From assembly GCA_040954595.2 (NCBI GenBank), contig CM082577.2, forward strand, positions 18,140,303 to 18,204,302: a stretch of DNA of 64,000 nt, given 5' to 3'. This stretch comes from Balanoglossus misakiensis (Eukaryota; Animalia; Hemichordata). The notes beneath the pieces were generated by a model that saw only the letters and a list, made by a program, of their open reading frames with translations, made no database searches and was not told the origin of the DNA. The translations under genes and the position numbers were made by a program. Shown piece after piece: positions 51,969 to 62,219 of the stretch (position 1 is its first letter; each line of letters starts with the position of its first letter).

Positions 51969-54900
51969 CTACAATAAATTATGCATTCGAATTTTCAGTT
52001 CATGCTGTACAAGATTATACAAACGAGCTTTGTGTAATTCCATACAGTGAAACTTGTGAATAGACCATTTAGCAATCAAAATTAAAAGGTTCATCTCATC
52101 TAAGTTATCGTTCTTTTCAAAGCCATATACAATATTTTGCCAACTCAAAGGCTTGTGCAAGCCATACAACCTTTGTCCAATATTATCTACAATTTGCCAT
52201 ACTTCTTTGGCGATGGTACACTCAAAATAGCGATGTCGAGTTGTGTCGTCTACATTACAAAACACGCAATGGGAATTTTCTCTGATTTTCCAACGGTACA
52301 ATTTTACATTATTTATACATTTCTTATGCAAAAATTTCCAATGAAACGCTCTATTTTGTTCTCCTTTGTTACTCTGTAAGCTAATGACCAAGCATTCTTT
52401 AAATCTATAATTTGTCCGAACTCGTGCTGCCAGCTCTATGTGCTGGCTGGTTGTGCAATACGGTTTACTAAAAATCTGTACACATCTTTTGTCTTCAATT
52501 TCATTAATTTCACTTTCTTATTCTTAATTTCAATATAATTTACATTTCGACTGTATCTTTACGGGGTGGGATAATGTTCCATGCTTTTAAGACCTGTTGA
52601 TAAAAGACTGGTAATCTTGAGACAAAAGGTTCTCTTGAAATTCTACTATTTGAAAGTACATCTCTAAGAATTGAAAAATCCGAACATGGGTCAAATAAAT
52701 AAAGAGGGTAGTTCTTCCAACATGCATTTTTACAGTTTGTTAAACGCACAATCCACATAAACTTGAATGCAACCACTTTCCATTTAAAAACGGGCATGTT
52801 ACAACCTCCTTCGTTTAATGGTCCAGCTAATACATTTCTGGCCATTTTACCCAGACCCTTTGAAATAAAATTGTAAATTAACCTGTCGATTTGTTTAATA
52901 ACGCGCTCTGGTACTTCAATCATTGATGCTAGATATGATAATTGTGATAATGCAAGCGAATTCACTATCAACACTTTTCCGTAAAACGTTAAATCTCTCT
53001 TGCCCCATGAATTCAAGACTTTCTCAAATTTAGCCACTTTTGGTTCCCAATTCAACCGCTAGCATTTCAAATGATCATATCCAAACCAGACTCCAAGCGC
53101 TTTAACTGGTTGATCAGTCCATTTCAAACCCATAATATGTTTCTTACATGACCTATTTTTTACCAAGCCAAACACCTTCTGTTTTCTCTTTGTTCACTTT
53201 CAACCCAGACAACTTTTCGAAATCTTGTAATACACCAAGAACCTTTCTAATAGACTTTTCATCTTTCAGAAATAGAGTGGTATCATCGGCCATCTGCGCA
53301 ATTTTAACCACATACCTACTATAATTTTGACATGGCAATTGTATACCTTCTATATCAGGACATTGACGAATTTTACATGCCAAAACTTCCACACAAGTGA
53401 CAAAAAGCAAGGCACTTAGGGGGCATCCTTGGCGTACCCCTCTCTTCAAGGAGAAAAAATTCGACATCCACCCATTATTGATTATACAGCTTTGAACGTC
53501 AGAATAAATCACTTTCGCCCATCTTCTCAGCTCAGGGCCAAAACCAAAACTTTCTAGCGCCTGATGCATGAATTCCCAGTTAATGCAATCAAACGCCTTT
53601 TCAAAATCAACATACAGAACAGCACCAGGAATATTGTGCTTGGCGGTGTAATGATACATGTCTTCAATTAAACGTACAGTTTCACCCACAAATCTCCCTC
53701 TGATGTAACCCACCTGATCAGTATTTACAATGCTAGAAATAACTTTTGACACTCTGTCAGATAAAACCTGGGTCAAAATATTGTAATCAGTGCATAATAA
53801 TGACACCGGTCTCCATTTTTTTAAAAGCTCGGGCTCGTTTTCTTATGTAATAATGTGATAACACCTCTCTGTTGAGAGATTGACAAACTGCCATTCTGAA
53901 AAGCACTGTTAAAAGAATCAATAATCAAATTTCCCACTAATGGCCAGCAGGCACAATAAAATTCAATGGTAAAACCATCATAACCGGGGGACTTGTTCTT
54001 TTTCATTTTACGTAACACCCGGCAACACTCTTCATCGGAGATCAATCCTTCACAACTATTTCTGTCTGTCTGACTTAAATTGGGTAAACTAGCATTACTG
54101 ATGAAATCATCTAAGCTGAGGGACGTCTGCTTTTTACTGTACAATTCTACATACAAATTGACTTCTTCTTTAAAAATATCATCGAGGTCAGTGACCACCT
54201 TCCCTTCTTTTGTCATGAGTTTTACAACATTTTTCTTTGTGGCGTTCCTTTTTTCTAGGCCAAGGAAATACTTTGTGCTTTTTTCCCCCCTTTCCACCCA
54301 TCGGGCTCTTGCTCTGATTTGACAACCCTCTGCCTCTTTACTTAAAATGCTATTAAGGTCAGAGTAAGTTTTCTGAAATGCCCCATAATTTTCATCTGAT
54401 GGGAAATTACACAACAATTTCTCGCTCTGCTTTAACAGATCTTCAAGATCTTGTTTCTTACTCCGTTGCTGACGGTTTTTCTGAATGCTGTATGTTACTG
54501 TAAACTGCTTTAACGCTTCCTTGTATAAATCCCATTTCGTTTGTTTACAAGCCACATGGTTATATTTTTGCACAATTCTCAATATAAATAACCAGCTTAT
54601 TCAAATAAACATTATCTTCTAACAGACTGTTGTTGAATTTCCAGTAACCTGGACCTTTTTCATGCTTACAATAAACAAAGGAAAGCACAACAGCCATGTG
54701 ATCACTATAACTTGCAGGAATGATTTCACACAGAGTAGTACTTTTGTTAATACCATTAGACACAAGAAAAAAATCTACACGGCTTTGTGTTATAGGCCTT
54801 CTCCGCCGCCAGGTATATTGCTTAACATAAGGATGAAACTTACGCCAAATGTCGCACAAATCATACAATTGTAACAACAGTTTTTTAAAGAATGCCTTGC

Positions 54901-57153
54901 CTTGGCATCAACGCAGTCATTGTCTTTGTCACAACTAGAAAATTTGTCTAACTTTGGATCCAAAATCGTATTGAAACCGCCACAAATTACAATGTGGTCG
55001 CCATCTAACATCACTTGATTAACAAAATTACAAAGGCTAGCAAAAAAAGAAAATTTGGCAGAAGTACTGTTCGGAGCATATATATTGAAAAGACGGAGGG
55101 AAGATCCCTCTAAATCTAATTTTACACTGATAAATCTCCCAATGCTGTCTTTATGAACCTCACTAGTAGAAACAGGGATGTTATTTGAAAAAAGTATTGC
55201 AACTCCACAGCTGTGTATTGTGCCGTGGCTATATACTACCGATTTCAAAATACCTTGGAAATTCTTTGTGTTCGAGTGTTACAATAAACGTCTCCCATGA
55301 TAAGAAAAAACGTCTAAGTTCATGAAACTGAATACCGCACTTTGTTTATTTTGCAACAAAGTTACCGTTTCAAACGTTCGTAATCCCACTGTGAGATTGT
55401 CTGTAGTCTACTCTGAACCTTGTATGAGGATGTTTTGCACTGACAACCAAGGAAACTTCCTAATGATGAAGAGCAATATATCGAGTATTTAAAACGACAA
55501 ACTCATTCGATTTCATACGAAGAAATTCAACAAAAATTGGCGGAATTTTCGCAAGCAGACGTGTCTATACCCACCGTCTGTCGAACCGTCAGAAATCGTT
55601 TGTCCGACAAAACGTGGACTTAGAAAAAAATGGCGTGTTGCAAACGACGAGAGTTGTTTAGCGTGTCGAATGCTGCTCTACGAAGCTCGTAGTTACCTTC
55701 TGACCGGGACATTTACGCTTGAACGGACTGGGTTCCCCCCACTTCAGGTTGGTATATTCCTCTGAAGCAGAGACGTGAATTGCTAGTTCCGCGGGTTGCA
55801 GTGTATCCCGTCTGTTGAACTTTCTTTTGAACTTTCTTTTAGAGAATCGACGTATTGCGAAGAGAGACGATTGAGATGAAAATTAGCGGTGTAGGATATA
55901 GAGACGACGTACTAAACTGCCGTGTTGTATTCTGAATTTGTGTTGTTGAAATGAAATACAACGGAAGAGTTTGAACCGCATCGCTGTATGGACTGATAGT
56001 TTTGTGGCAAATTCGGGCGTGCGAGGCCGCCGCTAACCTTGCAGCGATCACCCGGCCGCTTGAGAACTTTCTCGACCTACGCATGAACTTGTTTGTGGCA
56101 GCAAAATATATGAACTCAGCGTGACAGGCTACATTGTTTGAAAAATAACGTCGGCGCGTCATCGCGCCCAGCGGATTTTTTTTCAGATCTGGCTTTTTCA
56201 ACGTTTGTTTGGCGTTCATGATTAGTATAAATCCATGTTCTTGTTCCGCTATTTCCATTCCGAAAACCCCAAAGTTTTAAACGTACACTTTGACTAGAAA
56301 AGGCCTCAGACACCTTCATATGCTGTCCGGCAGCCGGGGTGGGATATCCGACCGCGGTGCAGCTCAAAGTGGCGTGGAGCTGGTCATGTTGGGAGCGGTG
56401 CTGCCGGCCGGTGGATCGACGTCTTAGCCTACACTTTCATACCCACCGGCGTGCGGCAATCGGCAAGAACCCATCGGAAGGAACGCAGTCCGTTCAAGCG
56501 TAAATGTCCCGGTCAGAAGGTAACTACGAGCTTCGTAGAGCTGCATTCGACACGCTAAACAACTCTCGTCGTTTGCTACACGCCATTTTTTCCAAGTCCA
56601 CGTTTTGTCGGACAAACGATTTCTGACGGTTCGACAGACGGTGGGTATAGACACGTCTGCTTGCGAAAATTCCGCCAATTTTTGTTGAATTTCTTCGTAT
56701 GAAATCGAAGGAGTTTGTCGTTTTAAATACTCGATATATTGCTCTTCATCATTAGGAAGTTTCCTTGGTTGTCAGTGCAAAACATCCTCATACAAGGTTC
56801 AGAGTAGACTACAGACAATATCACAGTGGGATTACGCACGTTTGAAACGGTAACTTTGTTGCAAAATAAACAAAGTGCGGTATTCAGTTTCATGAACTTA
56901 GACGTTTTTTCTTATCATGGGAGACGTTTATTGTAACACTCGAACACAAAGAATTTCCAAGGTATTTTGAAATCGGTAGTAAAATGTTACCTCCCCATTC
57001 TCTATTCCATATTTTCTCATCACTCTTTTTACTATAGGTCTCTTGCAAGCAAATAATATGGAAACCTTTACTACGGCACCAATTGAAAATAAGGTTGCGT
57101 TTTGTTCTTTCTCGTATACCTCTAATGTTCAGTGTTACTATTTTACAAGCCAT
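51969..57153 (-). pseudogene. Tx1/L1 ORF2: AP endonuclease, RT and C-terminal Cys motif (frameshifts, one insertion)
   Basis: TLNIRG, CLQET, GVAILF, NIYAPN, GGFN, SDH, GYWKFN, KSPGYDG, DFEKAFD, GVRQGCPLS, MADDTT, CVFC...H.YFEC. Confidence 0.93.
55236..56979. mobile_element. TA-flanked IS630/Tc1-mariner-derived foldback element with ~495-bp inverted arms
   Basis: 55236-55730 is the reverse complement of 56487-56979. TA TSD; removing the element restores host codons GNILYSHG. Each arm translates to PRKL..EEQYIEYLKRQT.SISYEEIQQKL...VSIPTVCRTVR..L...TWT(W)KK, an IS630-like HTH. Confidence 0.82.
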
Positions 57154-57835
57154 AAATGAAAACACACACAAAAAGCAAGTATATATATATATAAATAAAC
57201 ACAGTTACTCGATTTAAGCCGATCTCGGTCTTCCCTTTACAACCGCATCGCTTCTCTGTGGATTCTCTCGCGAGTCCGAATTACTTGAAATGTTGCTGAT
57301 TGTCGAATGGGAGCTGGCAAATTCTCTTCTCTTCTTTTGGAAGTTTTCAATCGGAGTTGGCGGAGAACGTTTGTCTTTTTTTGAACTTAGTCTTGAGAAG
57401 AACCGCGTAATACCAATCCTTTTCTGTCTATAGCTATCCGGCGACCGGCAAACGTCTTCCGAAGTTGGTGACTTCACCGGTTTCTTTTCCCGCTCGTCGC
57501 CATCTTTCTTTTCCGTCGTCACTTTCTCTGGATTGGCGTGAACTACCGCAGTTGTCGTCACAAGATTCGTTGTCGACTGCGTAATGTCTTCAATAGCCAT
57601 GTCGATAATTTTTTCTGCTTCTCTGACACGCTTAGAATAACTTTCCACAAACTTGTCGACCGCTTTTTCGTTTTCAACGGTTTTCGGTTACTTCGCAGCA
57701 ATGTGACCAAAGTCTTTACAATTGTAGCATAGCTTGCCTTTTGGACAGAGACGTCCGCTGTGACCGCTTTGTTGGCAGTTGTAACATTTCATTAGTGGAC
57801 GATTCGGGCAGTGCCGTGTTTGGTGGTCTTCACCC

Positions 57836-58223
57836 TAGTCTAGAATCTATCCGTTCGTAGTCGCATTCACCCTACTACCGTCTAGGAACGCCTAACCAAA
57901 ATCTAGTAAGGCCATAAAAATGGTAATTTGAATGTGAATAGTCTCCAACTGAGCAGTCTGACGTCAGAGAAGTCAATCACTTACGTTGACCGACTACTGA
58001 TTGGCCGTTGATGGCATGACGTTGAATATTAATTATGTTTACAATGTAGCTCCGCCCCGAATGATACATAATCATGATCACGTGGTGACGCTTGACGTCA
58101 GATTGCTCAGTTGGAGACTATTCACATTCAAATTACCATTTTCATGGCCTTACTAGATTTTGGTTAGGCGTTCCTAGACGGTAGTAGGGTGAATGCGACT
58201 ACGAACGGATAGATTCTAGACTA
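57836..58223. mobile_element. MITE with ~130-bp TIRs and 9-bp TSD (Academ/MULE type)
   Basis: TAGTCTAGAATCTATCC...GGATAGATTCTAGACTA. TSD TCTTCACCC at 57827-57835 and 58224-58232. Confidence 0.9.
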
Positions 58224-58388
58224 TCTTCACCCTTGCAGTGTCGACATTCGGTTGGTTGACCGGTATAGAAAATTCTAATGGGATAAGAAATTTTCACACC
58301 GTCCTGAGTCTCCGTCTCCATCTGTACAAAGTTTGGGATTGGTTTTTTGACCGATGCCACGTAACAGAACCGATTGCCGTTGTAGTAT

Positions 58389-58943
58389 TGTGTTATTACG
58401 GGCGCGGCCGTCCTCCTTCGGACGCTCACCTCCTTCGGACGCTTCTGTGGGGGAATCAGCCACGTCCGAAGGCTGACGGCGTACATTCTCTCCATCTCCA
58501 TCTCCACCCAACATATTCATAAAGTCCGAGAGAGGTACCCGGCAGATCGTAAACCTTTCGTAGACAGAGACTTACAACAAGTTTTCCGAGTAACACAAAA
58601 TTCTGGTTTATTACTGGTCACACGTAAGAATTACACGACTCGATCCATGCTCGTTGACTCCCATCACGGATCTCTCGTTATAATAGTGTGATCTCAAATT
58701 TCACCACACCTTATTAATACGTTAGTCAAGTATTAAGTCATAAAAGGAACACGTCATCTTAATATTTCTTAAACATGAACTTAGCGCGTGATATCTCTAT
58801 CTCCTTCTGACATGTATCAATTACACAATCTTGTTTACTCTGGGTCAAGTACCTATGTCAATACTGGACTAAAATCATACAAGTGAATGACTTCTTACTT
58901 AATCATAAACAAGATCTATGATCGTTAAAACTCAATCGTGACA
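58389..58943 (-). mobile_element. Solo LTR (Gypsy-like)
   Basis: TGT...ACA termini, 4-bp TSD GTAT (58385-58388, 58944-58947), AATAAA on the minus strand near 58607-58612. Removal restores the ORF1 frame. Confidence 0.8.
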
Positions 58944-60531
58944 GTATTTTGCTCCGTCCAGTGGATCTGTGACTGTGCACCGGACAACAGCTTCCTTCTG
59001 TTCACAATACTGACTGAGAAATGCATCAGCCGTCGCATTCGTCACGTGAAATGGTACATCGTGTATTGAAATTCTCGTTTTGTCACCCTGTGGGGGACTG
59101 TACAGGTTCAATACAATGTGGATTCCTCCAATGTCGATGCCGCACAATAAGAGTTTATCTTTACACCTCTCGTCATTTGCATAAATTAACCATTGTCTTG
59201 TTCTTGGAATGTATTGCACGCCGATGATGCCGTTTTTACCAACCACCTGCTTACTGGCGTGAACGATGTCCATTTCTTTCAAACCCTGTAGTTTTTCATT
59301 GAAGATTTTGAAATATACCTTCAGATCTTCGTTCTTTAATTTTTTCTCCGAAGTTTCCGGCAGATCTTTATCCGTTGTTAGTTCTTGGGTCGCTGCCGCG
59401 GTTTTGTCACTTGTTGACTTCTGACTCTGTGGTCCCTTGGACCTGGGTGCTGGCTGCCGTCTGCTTCTCACCATGTCGACAGACAGAACGCTCAAAATCA
59501 CTCAACAGAATGGCATGAAAAATACCAAAGTCCGAGTAGAGCTTCCTTGTTGCAAAAACAACGTAATGCAACCGAGTCCACTAGGAAAATTAAATAAAAA
59601 GCGGCAAAAAAAACGAAGAAACTTGCGCTTACGTTGCACAAGCTAAGGTACATGCCACTACCTAGCGCATGTGCATTCCTCTGGTGCTGTAAATGTTTGT
59701 ATGAAAATACCTCCATTGAGTTCTTCAGAGAAAACTTGACCAATGGGCAAGCCATGTGATCATTTCTTGACAAGTTGTTCTTGAGATGTTGACCCTTGTT
59801 AGGGCCGGAGGTCGGAAACTTAGGGCAATCAATTTAGTATTCATTTACAGGAACTAAGTTTTAAATAATATAAACCTGTGTGCATCAAAAGTTCTGTAAC
59901 ATCGCTTACCAACCATTTTGAAAACTAGGCTTTATTGTCTGGTCCTTTTTATTCAAAAGAAAGCAAAAAATGACATTTTCGTTAAGTTTGGACATTGGCA
60001 AAGGCTCCTTAGTAATCCGTTTTCTTTCACAGAGCTCAATGTTCACTTTTCCTAATTCTGGTACAATATATTGAATTGGAAAAAAATAACACCTTGCCAA
60101 ATATATAATGTTCATTTCTACAATGCATTCAACAAATATTCAAGAATTCTTTTACACAACTTTTTTATTGATACAATGCCCTCGAATACTTTTGACATTT
60201 TCATTGTGATATATAACACAACAAAGAAAACAACATCACTGTGGTAGACTTGATGTAGAATCAACTTGCTGCTCAAGTATATAGACTGTACTACTGCATA
60301 AAAAAGACTCATTTATGCTTTTAAGGTTTATCTTTCCAGATACTGTAACTTGTCTCGGCAACACGCAGATGTAATTGATAAATTCAAGCAAATATTCAAT
60401 CTCACACCGACTTACTTGTGTTAATTTATTCATTGTTTGGTTTAATTCATCACCGAACGGATGACTGTCTATCATGTAATTAGGATACCTGAAAGCATTT
60501 CCGACGATGACTTAATATGGCGATAAGTGCA

Positions 60532-61095
60532 ACGAAGCACACTTCATAGACCGACATCTAATTCTAAAGGCTTGAACATGTTTAGTGGTTCTTCAATAGC
60601 CAAATCAGCGTACCGATTGTTGCAGCCTGAATTGCTAGCACAAACGAAGCACACTTCATAGACCGACATCTTATTCTTAAGCCTTGACCTAGTTTGGTTG
60701 TTCTTCAATATCCAAGTCAGCGTGTACCGATTGCAGCAGCCTGAATTTCTAGCACAAACGAAGCACACTTCATAGACCGACATCTTATTCTAAAGCCTTG
60801 ACCTAGTTTGGTTGTTCTTCAATATCCAAGTCAGCGTGTACCGATTGCAGCAGCCTGAATTGCTAGCACAAACGAAGCACACTTCATAGACCGACATCTT
60901 ATTCTTAAGCCTTGACCTAGTTTGGTTGTTCTTCAATATCCAAGTCAGTGTGTACCGATTGCAGCAGCCTGATTTACTAGCGCAAACGAAGCACACTTCA
61001 TAGACCGACATCTTATTCTTAAGCCTTGACCTAGTTTGGTTGTTCTTCAATATCCAAGTCAGCGTACTGATTTCATCTGCCAGAATTGCTAGCGG
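60532..61095 (+). repeat. ~120-bp tandem repeat, ~4.7 copies
   Basis: AACGAAGCACACTTCATAGACCGACATC recurs at ~60532, 60643, 60757, 60871, 60985. The measured spacing is ~111-114 bp and the first copy is diverged. Confidence 0.9.
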
Positions 61096-61352
61096 CTTTA
61101 CAATTGCTAGCGGCTTTACAATTTGCGTGTGTCAATGAGTGAGCCGGGCCGTGCTGCAGGCTATAAACAGACGACTAGCAACAGTGACAAGACGTTCTAT
61201 TTTGATTATTCTGAAGTGTTATCCATTTAACTGTCCTTATTGGCCTTCAACGGAAAATTTCCATATAAAATTTCAAACCCGTATAATAATAAGCATATTG
61301 TCTCAATACTTGGGTTGGAGGTTTCGCCTTTAGTTTACTTTGATTCCCAGAC

Positions 61353-61790
61353 TCATACCTCAGATCCCCGACCTTCCTGGTGTAATCCTGTTTCTTTGGT
61401 TTCATTTCCAACGGCAACAGCTGACGCACGGTATTGTCGAAATCCTACCAGAAAACACGAGAGAAGAAACACCAAACTTCCAATTACAGTCAGAACAATG
61501 CCGGATATACAGGACCCATTCCAAGGAGATATTTTCCAGTTATTTATAGAATAGCCGACAGTGAATGCCGTCATCCCAACAGTGACCAAGGTTACACCGA
61601 TGAACAGCATGCATATGATTAGCGATTTACGTTTATCTATTGACTTTTCAAAGGGACCGGGAGCACGCAGTTTCTTCCTCTGTACTATACACTCACTGTC
61701 TTTATCAACTCTTGATACCATTGGATTCCATACTTCTTGATTTCCACGCCTTTGCGAGTGCAGCGCATTCGCGGCGGCGGCGGCAGCCAT
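61353..61790 (-). CDS. Candidate host gene or first exon encoding a small two-pass membrane protein
   Basis: AAAATGGCT start context, poly-Ala N-terminus, two hydrophobic helices (LIICMLFIGVTLVTVGMTAFTVGY; ISGIVLTVIGSLVFLLSCFLVGF) with basic flanks. The end GAG|GTATGA could be a splice donor. No TE motifs. Confidence 0.55.
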   Translation of the reverse strand: MAAAAAANALHSQRRGNQEVWNPMVSRVDKDSECIVQRKKLRAPGPFEKSIDKRKSLIICMLFIGVTLVTVGMTAFTVGYSINNWKISPWNGSCISGIVLTVIGSLVFLLSCFLVGFRQYRASAVAVGNETKETGLHQEGRGSEV

Positions 61791-62219
61791 TTTCACTCAC
61801 TTAAACAAATGTCACATAAATTAACCTTACAGATTTATATCCGGTTCAAGTAGATCAAGCTATTCTATACCTTGGCTATTTTAAAAAATATTAAATGTGT
61901 AAACTTTTACGATCTGTATAAAGGTCAAATATGATTATAAAGATCAATTAATCCAGAGCCGGCCCGGATAGAGGCGATGTTTGGTAGTATTTGATTTAAT
62001 GTATTTGGGGTAGATAGGGTGTGAGTAGTGGTTACAATGAAGTGTTGTACTGAATGTTTATCAATCATCATCGAACTGGCTTTGTTATATAACATTTTAT
62101 GTAAATCGGTGCGTATAGAGTTGGATTGATGCCCAATGAAACTGTAATGATTGTGTTTATCATGTTTTTACGTGTTTATCCGTGTCTTGAGAAAAGTAAT
62201 TGTAAAAACTTTGTTTTTA

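Larger units (their letters stand above)
57214..59474 (-). pseudogene. Tx1-type ORF1 (RRM-like region and three CCHC zinc knuckles), interrupted twice
   Basis: After removing the two insertions the pieces join as ...DGAKY|YNGNRF...YTGQPTECRHCKGED|HQTRHCP..KCYNCQQSGH...C...CYNCKDFGH. One in-frame stop at the last knuckle. Confidence 0.85.
51825..59678 (-). mobile_element. Full-length Tx1/L1-clade LINE with three nested insertions
   Basis: 20-bp TSD CTCTGGTGCTGTAAATGTTT at 51805-51824 and 59679-59698. 5' UTR, ORF1, ORF2, (GTT)n in the 3' UTR, AATAAA and an A-rich tail. Confidence 0.92.

Noticed and set aside
60532-61095. CRISPR array or repeat-protein gene (MSVYEVCFVC ORFs)
   Set aside because: Whole units repeat with no unique spacers; the ORFs are by-products of the tandem repeat.
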